Shown: positions 1-7,903, counted from the stretch's first letter. The stretch: 32,000 nt of DNA from Candidatus Woesearchaeota archaeon (GCA_016203115.1 JACQNJ010000007.1:3115-35114); one strand, 5' to 3'. Made by a program: numbers and translations. The notes: generated by a model not told the origin, from the sequence alone.

Positions 1-435
1 CACATTAATATTTTCCCCTTTTAATCCCGGAATAACAGCATAGACTGATTGAGAATCATCAGGAATTAAGCCTAGATTGCTGATTACATGGAAATTCAAG
101 TTAGGAATATCTTCGAGAGATAACCTAATTTCCCAAAAGCATTTGTCTCCATAAAGTTTATCAAAAATTATTTTAGTTCGCTCATCAAGTTTGCTAAAAT
201 CATTTGTATAATAACTGTAAATTATTAAATCAGCCATAGAAAATTCAAGTTCATTGACAGCAACAGAAGTTCTAAGATAATTTAAAAAATTAATATCCAG
301 GCTAGAATCTCCCGAATAACCTTGGATATCTGTGCTAGATTTGAAAGAAAAAAGAAAAAGTGCAATTAATAATGTGACAGCGAGAATAGATATCCCATAA
401 ACAAGCATAAGGTATTGGTATTGCCCCTTTTTCAT
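1..435 (-). CDS. Pilin-like protein with class III (prepilin-type) signal peptide; partial, 3' end runs off the window
   Basis: Not in the ORF track because it has no stop inside the window. Minus-strand ATG at 435..433 overlaps the TGA of the upstream ORF (ATGA). 145 open codons run to position 1. N-terminus MKKGQYQYLMLVYGISILAVTLLIALFLF is a short basic leader ending in G followed by a ~22-aa hydrophobic helix. Confidence 0.55.
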   Translation of the reverse strand, partial: MKKGQYQYLMLVYGISILAVTLLIALFLFSFKSSTDIQGYSGDSSLDINFLNYLRTSVAVNELEFSMADLIIYSYYTNDFSKLDERTKIIFDKLYGDKCFWEIRLSLEDIPNLNFHVISNLGLIPDDSQSVYAVIPGLKGENINV

Positions 436-959
436 TTTTTAAATCCTATAATCTTAATATTTAATAGTCCTGCTCTAAGTTGATTGTTTTCATAAACAAT
501 TATATAAACATCCTCACTACTGCATTGAAAAGAACCACGAGATGAACAAAAAACAATTCTATCAGTCATTTGCTTGTTAACAAAGATCTCAGAGTTTTTG
601 TTATCATATTTTAAATCAAGAACAACACCATAAGAATCCCCGCTAAGGTCTAAGCATCTCTGAACAGCATCCTCACGAAAAGTAGTGAGATCTATAATGC
701 CCGGATAAGACCTCTCATCTCTATAGGCTAAGCAATTATAAAGCAAGTTTTTCTTAATAACAATATGATTGGCATTGCTTGCATCAATTTGTGCATAAGA
801 ACTTGGAATAATTAAAAAGACAACTACTCCTAAAGAAACAAAGATAATAGGAATTACTAGGAGTAGTGACATTTGTTCTGTAGTAAAATTAAGCAATGCT
901 TTTTTATTCGACAAGTATCTTCCCCTCTTTCTTCTCAATATGTAGAGTAGTATTAACAA
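432..959 (-). CDS. Pilin-like membrane-anchored protein (class III signal-peptide-like N-terminus)
   Basis: Track ORF containing ..SNKKALLNFTTEQMSLLLVIPIIFVSLGVVVFLII. The ATG at 959 would overlap the upstream gene by 56 nt. A TTG at 914..912 (MSNKKALLNF..) gives an 11-nt overlap and a canonical short leader, so the true start is uncertain. Confidence 0.55.
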   Translation of the reverse strand: MLILLYILRRKRGRYLSNKKALLNFTTEQMSLLLVIPIIFVSLGVVVFLIIPSSYAQIDASNANHIVIKKNLLYNCLAYRDERSYPGIIDLTTFREDAVQRCLDLSGDSYGVVLDLKYDNKNSEIFVNKQMTDRIVFCSSRGSFQCSSEDVYIIVYENNQLRAGLLNIKIIGFKK

Positions 960-1296
960 AAAGACCTACATCTCTATGCTCTAAATAGTTGTTTTTAACA
1001 GCATAAGCATCACCCATAATATTGCTCCCTTCTCTATGAACAGAAATCCCACTTCCTTTGATATTTAAAGTATAAGGCTTATCTTCTGTATAGCTAATAT
1101 TAGCATAACCCGGTGCAGCCTCAACAAGTCCATAGGCGAAAGCGATAGTTTCAGCAGTATATTGATTATAAAACTCATTACCTGTAACTCTACCATCCAA
1201 AAAAGTAAATAAAGTATAAAGTATAGCAAGTGTAATAACTAAATAGGTTAAATACAAAAAAGGGATAGCTATCACCTCTTTTCCTTGTTTATTCAT
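904..1296 (-). CDS. Pilin-like protein (class III signal-peptide-like N-terminus)
   Basis: MNKQGKEVIAIPFLYLTYLVITLAILYTLF is a basic leader ending in G followed by a hydrophobic helix. The gene sits inside the tightly packed operon. Confidence 0.55.
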   Translation of the reverse strand: MNKQGKEVIAIPFLYLTYLVITLAILYTLFTFLDGRVTGNEFYNQYTAETIAFAYGLVEAAPGYANISYTEDKPYTLNIKGSGISVHREGSNIMGDAYAVKNNYLEHRDVGLFVNTTLHIEKKEGKILVE

Positions 1297-1330
1297 ACAG
1301 ATTAAAGTAACTAGTAATTTATATTAGTTT

Positions 1331-1888
1331 TTAATTAGCGAGTTCCTTAGAGTTTAAAGAATTAATATAAATACTGTCTTTTTCCTTTTTAACTGCTAAA
1401 GTAGCTACAACATTAGGTTTAACAAATAGAATCCCACAATCAGACTTGGTATCAACAACATCTTGCTCAAAAGGCATACAAATATCTCCCTCTAAAACAC
1501 ACACATCCTTGGTGAATACATTTTTTTCACAAAGGCAAATGCATCCTTTTCCTTTGCATTTAAGTTGTTTTTTAATTTCTAGGGAAACGCCATCACAGTT
1601 TCCAGAAAAAACCTCTTGGTCCTTCCTAAGACCTACAAGTACAAAATCTTCATTCAAAGAAAATAACATTTCAGTTTTGGTTCCTTCTTTCATCTGAGCA
1701 ACAGTATCACTTAATCGCGTATAAAACTCCTTAGTAGACTGGCTAGGATCTTCTTTCTCAGAAAAAAGCAAAAACCACGCTCTAGAAAGAGCAGGTGCAA
1801 CAAGAACTAAAACAATCGCAAAAAGAACCAAGCCTACAACAGTCAAACCAGCACTGCTTGAACTCTCCTCAGATCTTTTATCCATCAA
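1331..1888 (-). CDS. Cys-rich pilin-like / secreted protein
   Basis: N-terminus ..SSSAGLTVVGLVLFAIVLVLVAPAL. Eight Cys lie within ~55 aa (NCDGVSLEIKKQLKCKGKGCICLCEKNVFTKDVCVLEGDICMPFEQDVVDTKSDCG). There is a 1-nt gap to the upstream gene. Confidence 0.55.
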   Translation of the reverse strand: MMDKRSEESSSSAGLTVVGLVLFAIVLVLVAPALSRAWFLLFSEKEDPSQSTKEFYTRLSDTVAQMKEGTKTEMLFSLNEDFVLVGLRKDQEVFSGNCDGVSLEIKKQLKCKGKGCICLCEKNVFTKDVCVLEGDICMPFEQDVVDTKSDCGILFVKPNVVATLAVKKEKDSIYINSLNSKELAN

Positions 1889-1889
1889 A

Positions 1890-2075
1890 TCACCTGTTTA
1901 CCAGATCTTTTACATCAACATCACTAGCAGTATCAGTAATCCCGCTAGTAAGACTTTTCAAGCTATTAACAAGGCCAATAATCTGCTCTCTAAAAACAAT
2001 GCTAAGAACTACTAAAACAATCAATAGTAAAATCGTAGTTACAATTACAGTCATGCTTAATTCAGCTTTTTTCAT
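1890..2075 (-). CDS. Short pilin (61 aa), essentially helix-only
   Basis: MKKAELSMTVIVTTILLLIVLVVLSIVF. The N-terminus is near-identical in pattern to the adjacent 2093..2473 product (AELSM-VIV). Confidence 0.6.
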   Translation of the reverse strand: MKKAELSMTVIVTTILLLIVLVVLSIVFREQIIGLVNSLKSLTSGITDTASDVDVKDLVNR

Positions 2076-2092
2076 AGTAATAAAAAGAAAGG

Positions 2093-2473
2093 CTATATGG
2101 TTTCAAAGTCATTATACTTGTTCTGGCAAAGCTGCGTGACTCCAGGACATTGTTCTCCTATTTCACTTGACCAGCAATGATGCTCCTGATCTGCTTTACC
2201 ATCACCATCGCTATCTACCTTAACAAGCTTTCTACAATAAGATGATCTCTCCTTTGCATTATCCCCTGGTAAACTTTGGGCGACAAGGCATTTAGACGAA
2301 CAGTCCTGAATGGCAGAATCCTTATTATCAGGTCCAACACTTTTAATCCTATCAACTAATTGAGAAAATCCTCCTAAAAAGAATGCAACCAAAACAACAA
2401 GAACAATGACAAGAATGATTACTATGACAATAACATTCATTGATAACTCTGCACCTTTTTTTCCTCTGACCAT
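2093..2473 (-). CDS. Pilin-like protein with Cys-rich, DxDxDG-containing C-terminal domain
   Basis: MVRGKKGAELSMNVIVIVIILVIVLVVLVAFF. The C-terminal part has six Cys plus VDSDGDGKAD, a DxDxDG Ca-binding-like loop. Confidence 0.6.
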   Translation of the reverse strand: MVRGKKGAELSMNVIVIVIILVIVLVVLVAFFLGGFSQLVDRIKSVGPDNKDSAIQDCSSKCLVAQSLPGDNAKERSSYCRKLVKVDSDGDGKADQEHHCWSSEIGEQCPGVTQLCQNKYNDFETI

Positions 2474-2510
2474 TCAAACCACTTTTTTAATAGTCTGTTT
2501 AATCTTATTA

Positions 2511-3089
2511 TTAAATCTTTCTATTTCTAATCTCTCTTTCTATATGACCCAGTGCCCTATTTAGCTTTTTATGCTCTCTCTTTATTGGTTTTTCATAAAA
2601 ATGAATTACTTTCAGCAGTCTAGGCAATTTAGATATAGGCCTAGCTATTCTTGCAAATTTTTCTGTCCTCACAAGTTTTCCTCCCTCTTCAAGTTGCCCT
2701 ATTAGCCTTCCTTCCCTTGTAATCTTTTCTAATTCAACACCAGTATGTATAATTCTTTGCCCTTCGCTAAATTCACTGCCAATTCTAAAAAGGGAAATTA
2801 CTTCATCAAATACTCTAAATAATAAGAAAAAGGGAAACACAGCAATTATATCTATCCAGTATTTTTTTATAAAGAGATTGAATTTCCTGACTCTGTTAAA
2901 CTTAAAAATTAAATCAATTAAAAATATGCCTACAACAATATAATCTCCAATTTCAAAGTGCAGTTCATACTTAGTGTAAAACTCCATAAAAAAGAAATCA
3001 GTTATTATTATAAAAAGTAAAAAAACTACTGCATAAGGCACAAGCTTGTCTATAAAGTGTTCTGCCTTGTATAAACTGTTATTTTCCAT
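2511..3089 (-). CDS. Ion-transport-family voltage-sensor-like (S1-S4) membrane protein without a pore module
   Basis: Hydrophobic helices LVPYAVVFLLFIIITDFFF and DYIVVGIFLIDLIFKF. S3-like segment KKYWIDIIAVFPFFLLF. S4-like segment KFARIARPISKLPRLLKVIHF has basic residues every 3rd or 4th position. At 192 aa there is no S5-P-S6 and no selectivity-filter motif. Confidence 0.45.
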   Translation of the reverse strand: MENNSLYKAEHFIDKLVPYAVVFLLFIIITDFFFMEFYTKYELHFEIGDYIVVGIFLIDLIFKFNRVRKFNLFIKKYWIDIIAVFPFFLLFRVFDEVISLFRIGSEFSEGQRIIHTGVELEKITREGRLIGQLEEGGKLVRTEKFARIARPISKLPRLLKVIHFYEKPIKREHKKLNRALGHIEREIRNRKI

Positions 3090-3095
3090 AAAAAA

Positions 3096-3668
3096 TCATT
3101 TTTCGCACTTTTTAGGCTTATTTTTAAAATCGCTAACAATAAAGCATAAACTGCCTTGTTTTTTATAAAGATTATCTATTGCTAAAATTCTTATCTTGTT
3201 ACCAAAAAAACTTTCTTTAGGTACATAAGCGCCTTTTTCATCAAAGTTTATCTCCAAAAAATCTTCCACAAAAAACCCGTCATTAGTAACATAACAAGCA
3301 GTATGTTGAATCTTCTCCTTAGCTAATGTAACCTCACTTCTGTCTTTCACAATTTCTATTTTCACCTCTTCCTGAGATGCCTTAATTGCATGAGTGCTAA
3401 AAAAGCCAGTTAAGGGGGCATTACAAATACAATTATCTTCCTTATATTGCGAGCATTGCCTCAAATTTTTAATAAGCTCTTTAAAGCTAGTCTGAGCTTC
3501 TTTATTCTTTTGAGCAAGATCAATATCCTCACTTAGTCCAAGCATTTTGAGGACAGATTTGCCAATACCAGTAGTAGAAAAAAGATAAGGAACAAGCAAG
3601 GCAAGAACTAAAAAAATTAAAATAATAGGAACAATATACTTAAGCGCATTTTCACCTTTTCTATTCAT
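3096..3668 (-). CDS. Pilin-like protein, Cys-containing globular domain
   Basis: MNRKGENALKYIVPIILIFLVLALLVPYLF. The body contains about six Cys. There is a 2-nt gap to the upstream stop. Confidence 0.55.
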   Translation of the reverse strand: MNRKGENALKYIVPIILIFLVLALLVPYLFSTTGIGKSVLKMLGLSEDIDLAQKNKEAQTSFKELIKNLRQCSQYKEDNCICNAPLTGFFSTHAIKASQEEVKIEIVKDRSEVTLAKEKIQHTACYVTNDGFFVEDFLEINFDEKGAYVPKESFFGNKIRILAIDNLYKKQGSLCFIVSDFKNKPKKCEK

Positions 3669-3670
3669 TT

Positions 3671-3820
3671 TTAGAGTCCAAAAAGATCTCGTATAGATAC
3701 AAGAATCTTATCAATTCCTCCTTTAAAGAGTGATATAAGTAAAAAAACAATAACAATTGCTAGAAGTAATAAAATAAACTTTGCAATTTCCCCCCATTCA
3801 AAGCTTCCTTTTTTATGCAA
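3671..3820 (-). CDS. Mini-pilin (49 aa) with class III signal peptide; re-started relative to track ORF 3671..3904
   Basis: A TTG at 3820..3818 overlaps the TAA (3813..3815) of the upstream gene. It gives (M)HKKGSFEWGEIAKFILLLLAIVIVFLLISLFKGGIDKILVSIRDLFGL. The track's ATG at 3904 would add a 28-aa extension lying entirely inside the upstream gene. Confidence 0.45.
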   Translation of the reverse strand: MHKKGSFEWGEIAKFILLLLAIVIVFLLISLFKGGIDKILVSIRDLFGL

Positions 3821-4703
3821 TCTTAGCACTCTCCAATATTTTTTTATTCGGTTTAAAATGAATTCCCGAACACTCCAGACTGGCAACATCATCAGTAGTT
3901 GCAATAACTAAACCAGGATAGGCATAGTTTTTTCCAAAACTTGCTTCTGTACTAGAATAAATAAAACCAAAAAGTGCCCCCGCCTTTGCTACATGAAGGT
4001 TCCTAGTGGTAAGAGCAGCTAATGCAGTAGTAGTCAAAGTTTTCTCAAAAACGCTAGAAAAACCATCAACAACTTGTTCACTAACAGAAGGCGCTGTATT
4101 TGTTTTCAACACAGTAAAAATAGTGTAAACTTTAGATCCCTGTTTTAATGGAATTTTTCCTTCCCCAAAATCAATCTTGGAATTTTTTGATTCAGTAAAG
4201 TAATCAGTATAAGTCTTTTTTTCACCCAAGATTTGTCCGGGGGCTTTATTTTGAGACAAATAAAGTTCAAAAGTATCTAAATCAAACTCTTTAAGCTTTA
4301 CATCTTCTCCTATAGTTATTTCAGAACAGACAAAGCAGTAAGTTCCTTCATAAAAGGGGTTTATTGCTATCCAATCGCTTATAAAATCAACATTTCCTCC
4401 TCCATATTTAGAAGAACAATGATAAGCTTTTTTCGCAAAATCTGCATAAACTTCAGAACTCTCCTTATTTTTTAAAGTATCAATTTCAGTTGTACACGGA
4501 TTGTTTATAGTGATAGATCTTATCCCTCCAACCTTAGCTCTAGCTTGTAAACGAGTCCAAGCCTCGCAAGTACTATCATCCGTTTTCACTGCTAAATCCC
4601 AAAATAGAGGCGTAAAAATTGCTAGGAACAGAACTGCAACAAGTGCAAGAGCTACTAATCCTAAAATTGTGTTGTGGGTTTCCCCCTTCTTATTGAAAAA
4701 CAT
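3813..4703 (-). CDS. Large pilin-like protein (296 aa)
   Basis: MFFNKKGETHNTILGLVALALVAVLFLAIF followed by a globular domain of about 260 aa with about six Cys. Confidence 0.55.
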   Translation of the reverse strand: MFFNKKGETHNTILGLVALALVAVLFLAIFTPLFWDLAVKTDDSTCEAWTRLQARAKVGGIRSITINNPCTTEIDTLKNKESSEVYADFAKKAYHCSSKYGGGNVDFISDWIAINPFYEGTYCFVCSEITIGEDVKLKEFDLDTFELYLSQNKAPGQILGEKKTYTDYFTESKNSKIDFGEGKIPLKQGSKVYTIFTVLKTNTAPSVSEQVVDGFSSVFEKTLTTTALAALTTRNLHVAKAGALFGFIYSSTEASFGKNYAYPGLVIATTDDVASLECSGIHFKPNKKILESAKIA

Positions 4704-4797
4704 TCTTCAATCCGCCCCTGAAAATAAGGACTAATAAAAAAACAAGTACTAGCAGTAAAATCATAATAAAAGTTATAGATAAAGCCCCTTTTTTCAT
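4690..4797 (-). CDS. Mini-pilin (35 aa), first gene of the pilin operon
   Basis: Not in the ORF track because it is too short. I translated it by hand as MKKGALSITFIMILLLVLVFLLVLIFRGGLKNVFQ*. Its 3' end overlaps the ATG of 3813..4703 by 14 nt. A TATA-like CTATTTAAAA lies about 25 nt upstream. Confidence 0.5.
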   Translation of the reverse strand: MKKGALSITFIMILLLVLVFLLVLIFRGGLKNVFQ

Positions 4798-4817
4798 AAA
4801 CTATCTAATAGTTTTTG

Positions 4818-4827
4818 TTTTAAATAG
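4818..4827 (-). promoter_or_regulatory. TATA-like box of the pilin operon
   Basis: CTATTTAAAA on the minus strand, centred about 25 nt upstream of the ATG at 4797. Confidence 0.4.
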
Positions 4828-4828
4828 T

Positions 4829-5088
4829 TTACTTAAATGACATAATCTGAAATTCATATTTTTCAACTTCTTCTTTGGAAAAGTATGGCAGCTCTTTCGT
4901 TCTCATTACATATTTCATTTCTTTCTCCATAACTCTTCCCGTATATTTTTAGTTTTAGGGTCAAATTCTTTCAATACTAAAATATCTCCTGTATTGCACT
5001 CAAAATCAGCCACTCTTAATTCAATATTCTTAGTCCCATCTAGAACTTTCTGAAATGCTTTAGGTCAGGTCTTCTTCTCAATTCTCAT
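4829..5088 (-). pseudogene. ASCH / DUF3850-like (PUA-fold) small protein, inactivated
   Basis: Hand translation: MRIEKKT*PKAFQKVLDGTKNIELRVADFECNTGDILVLKEFDPKTK then, after a -1 shift in an A5 run (plus-strand T5 at 4946..4950), KYTGRVMEKEMKYVMRTKELPYFSKEEVEKYEFQIMSFK*. The in-frame TGA (5065..5067) sits where this family has a conserved Trp. The 260-nt length is not a multiple of 3. Confidence 0.55.
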
Positions 5089-5130
5089 AAAAATAAAAGG
5101 TATATAAAGTTTAAAAGTATTTGTAATAAA

Positions 5131-5724
5131 ATGAATCAAAAAGAAGTCTGGAACAAAATAGCTCCTTCTTGGAACAATTTCAGGAATAAGCCATTAAAAG
5201 AATTAAAAGGTTTAAACTGGAAAAGAGGAAAAATCTTAGATTTGGGCTGCGGAAACTGCAGGAATTTATTGCCTTTTAAAAATTTAGATTGTTATGGTAT
5301 AGATTTCTCAAAAGAGATGCTGAAAGAAGCAAAGAAATTCACAAAAAAACACAATTTCAATGTGAAGTTAAAACAGGCAGAAATAACAAAAGTACCGTTT
5401 AAAGATAACACATTCAATTACATCCTAGCAACAGCAACACTGCATCATTCAAAAAATCCGGAAAAAGCAGTAAAAGAAATCCACAGGGCTTTAAAGATAA
5501 AAGGAGAGGCTTTTATCACAGTATGGAATAAATTGCAACTAAGATTCATCTTAAAAAAACAAGAAACATATATTCCATGGAAACAAAAAGAAAAAACTCT
5601 TCAGAGATATTACAACTTCATAAGTTACTTTCAACTAAAAAAAATGATAAAAAAATACAAGTTTAAAATAATAAGCTCAAAATTTTTGGGAAAAAATATT
5701 ATCTTTAGAATTAAAAAGATGTAG
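5131..5724 (+). CDS. Class I SAM-dependent methyltransferase
   Basis: Motif I ILDLGCGNCRN, acidic motif II GIDFS, post-motif ATLHH. Size and layout are typical of Methyltransf_11-type enzymes. Confidence 0.8.
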   Translation: MNQKEVWNKIAPSWNNFRNKPLKELKGLNWKRGKILDLGCGNCRNLLPFKNLDCYGIDFSKEMLKEAKKFTKKHNFNVKLKQAEITKVPFKDNTFNYILATATLHHSKNPEKAVKEIHRALKIKGEAFITVWNKLQLRFILKKQETYIPWKQKEKTLQRYYNFISYFQLKKMIKKYKFKIISSKFLGKNIIFRIKKM

Positions 5725-7903
5725 AAGAAACAGGCACAATTGAAGACACTAAAAGAGTAAAGACAACAGTAACAATAACTGCTAAGATAAAGTATAATAT
5801 TGAAGATGAAAACAGATTGCTGCTCATAGTGTATTGCTCTTGTAAAGGATCAAGACCATATTCAATTCTAGTTGACAATAAAGACAGTATTATCACAATT
5901 TCAACTAAATACAATCCAATAATCAGCTGCATATAATAGCTTGGAATAATGTTAGAAATGTTGAATATGCCTGCAATAGCATCAAGATTTCCAGGCACAG
6001 CAACATCAGTGCCCTCTGTGTTTGAACCAGAGAGAAGAACAATTAATTGCACAATAATCGTAACAATCATAGTGCTAATACCAACAACAATGCCTGAAAT
6101 AATAGGGCTTAAAAAACTGATTTGGCTTTTCATGCTGGATAGTGTATCATTCAATAAATCCTTCAGTCTTTCATTTACTTGATGAATTCTGTTGACATAA
6201 GTAGAAATGCTGATCAATGACTTGGCAACAATCGTAGTTCCCTTCCTGCTGCTCTCCAATAAAACTTTCATGCTTGTTTCAATTAAACTGCTAGGAAACA
6301 TCATGATTGCGCCATTGCTTCCAAATAAGGCGCTCTTGACACTCATTCCCAGTCTCTGAATGTTATAGCTTACAGCCCTAAAAAAATCACCAGTAGGAGT
6401 TCCTTCCATATTCTGTGCCACATCATTAAAAGCTACTTCAACAGGCACTCCATCTCCAACCCTATTCCCTAGTTGAAACAGGCCCCCTGAAAATTCTTTT
6501 TCCAAATTCCTGATATTATTTCTCAAAGTAATAAGATTTTTACTTCTTAGCCTATAGTAAACTCCAATTCCCAAAGCCAATCCTAAAGGGAGAAACAGCC
6601 CAAATAAAACAGCACCAGGACCAAAAGGACCAAAGCAATTTGAACCAAAACTACAAGATTTTCCTTCAGCAGAGGTCATATTCACAACATCAACACCTAA
6701 AAGGGAAAAGTCATTGCCGCTCAACATCATGAAAAGTGGAATTAAGCCAATAAACCCAATAACTAAAAAAACAAAAAACCCAATCCAGAAAGGATGAAAT
6801 AAAATTTCTTTGCCTCCAAAATTAAAAACGATATAGGAATATTTTCTAAGTCTTGGGTTTTTCTTTAGAATATCTGCTTCGCTATATCCAGTAGGTCTTT
6901 TAGATAAAATGCTAGTTCCATACAAGTACAAAAACACAGGCAAAAACATGTTGTAAAGTAAAAATAAAATAAGCGCTTTAATTGCCCCACTTCCCTGAAC
7001 TAAGCTTCCTAGCAAAGGTAAGATAACCAGTCCTAAAACAGGCAAAACAACACCGAGCATATTCAAGATAGTAATAGGATTTTGCAATTCATGCGCATAA
7101 TGCAGCATCCTCTCATACATCCCATCTAATATCACTTCCAAAGATTTTTCTAATAAACTTATTCTCCTGTCATCGCTCTCTTCCAACAAGCTTCCCTCAA
7201 TTAAATGAAAAGCCTCAACAAATTCTAAGTTATAGTCTCTCCATTGCACTAAATAAAAATCAAGGCTTTCTTTAATAGTAGAATATTTCCCAGTTTCAAC
7301 ATCCCAAAATATTTTCCTCAAATCTAATGACAAAGGATTACCAACATGATCTGCGGCAAACTTCAGGGCATGTTCTAAATTTGATGTATGCCTCATATAC
7401 ATAACAACATAAAGAATACATAAAACCATCTGATTTCCTGCTTTTAATCTCCATCCATTTGCAAGATAATTTGGAATGCCAGTTAAAGGCTTCAACAATA
7501 AAGCTCCTATCAAAAAGAAAATTAAAAACACAATTAAAATAGTAAAACTAAACTCCTCGGTAATAATCCAAATAAGACTGCTCAAAATTAAACCTATAAA
7601 AATAGTAGACAAAGAAATAAAGCTCGCAAAACTTGCAGCACCTTCAGGAGTAATATCTAAGTGGATAGTATCAATACTTTTTTTCAAAGAATCATAATCC
7701 TTATCCTTTACTCTAATACTCAAAACATCTTCAAGATTATTGCATGCATTCTCATACAAATTTTTTCCACTACTCAACGAATCTCTTCTAAAAACCCGGT
7801 ATTCTCTTGAAAAAGTATCAGGATTATAATTTTCTGCATCCTCCATAGAGATATTGCTCTTTAATTTCTTCTGATACTTCCTGATAATATCCTCTTCTCT
7901 CAT
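5711..7903 (-). CDS. Type IV pilus/archaellum-class membrane platform protein (PilC/TadC/FlaJ-like, T2SS-F-type repeats)
   Basis: 730-aa polytopic protein with two cytoplasmic helical domains, each followed by TM bundles. Its start overlaps the ATPase stop by 4 nt. Confidence 0.7.
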   Translation of the reverse strand: MREEDIIRKYQKKLKSNISMEDAENYNPDTFSREYRVFRRDSLSSGKNLYENACNNLEDVLSIRVKDKDYDSLKKSIDTIHLDITPEGAASFASFISLSTIFIGLILSSLIWIITEEFSFTILIVFLIFFLIGALLLKPLTGIPNYLANGWRLKAGNQMVLCILYVVMYMRHTSNLEHALKFAADHVGNPLSLDLRKIFWDVETGKYSTIKESLDFYLVQWRDYNLEFVEAFHLIEGSLLEESDDRRISLLEKSLEVILDGMYERMLHYAHELQNPITILNMLGVVLPVLGLVILPLLGSLVQGSGAIKALILFLLYNMFLPVFLYLYGTSILSKRPTGYSEADILKKNPRLRKYSYIVFNFGGKEILFHPFWIGFFVFLVIGFIGLIPLFMMLSGNDFSLLGVDVVNMTSAEGKSCSFGSNCFGPFGPGAVLFGLFLPLGLALGIGVYYRLRSKNLITLRNNIRNLEKEFSGGLFQLGNRVGDGVPVEVAFNDVAQNMEGTPTGDFFRAVSYNIQRLGMSVKSALFGSNGAIMMFPSSLIETSMKVLLESSRKGTTIVAKSLISISTYVNRIHQVNERLKDLLNDTLSSMKSQISFLSPIISGIVVGISTMIVTIIVQLIVLLSGSNTEGTDVAVPGNLDAIAGIFNISNIIPSYYMQLIIGLYLVEIVIILSLLSTRIEYGLDPLQEQYTMSSNLFSSSILYFILAVIVTVVFTLLVSSIVPVSSTSF

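Noticed and set aside
3821-3904. N-terminal extension of track ORF 3671-3904 (MQLLMMLPVWSVREFILNRIKKYWRVLRL).
   Set aside because: It lies entirely inside the 3' end of the upstream pilin-like gene. The TTG start at 3820 yields the same leader pattern as the sibling genes. The start remains uncertain.
5065-5067. Possible TGA-to-Trp recoding, because the in-frame TGA in the ASCH-like ORF sits at a conserved Trp position.
   Set aside because: TGA clearly terminates well-supported genes here, for example the hef helicase at 16459-16461 and the ORF ending at 432-434. The same ORF also carries a frameshift, so pseudogenisation is the simpler reading.
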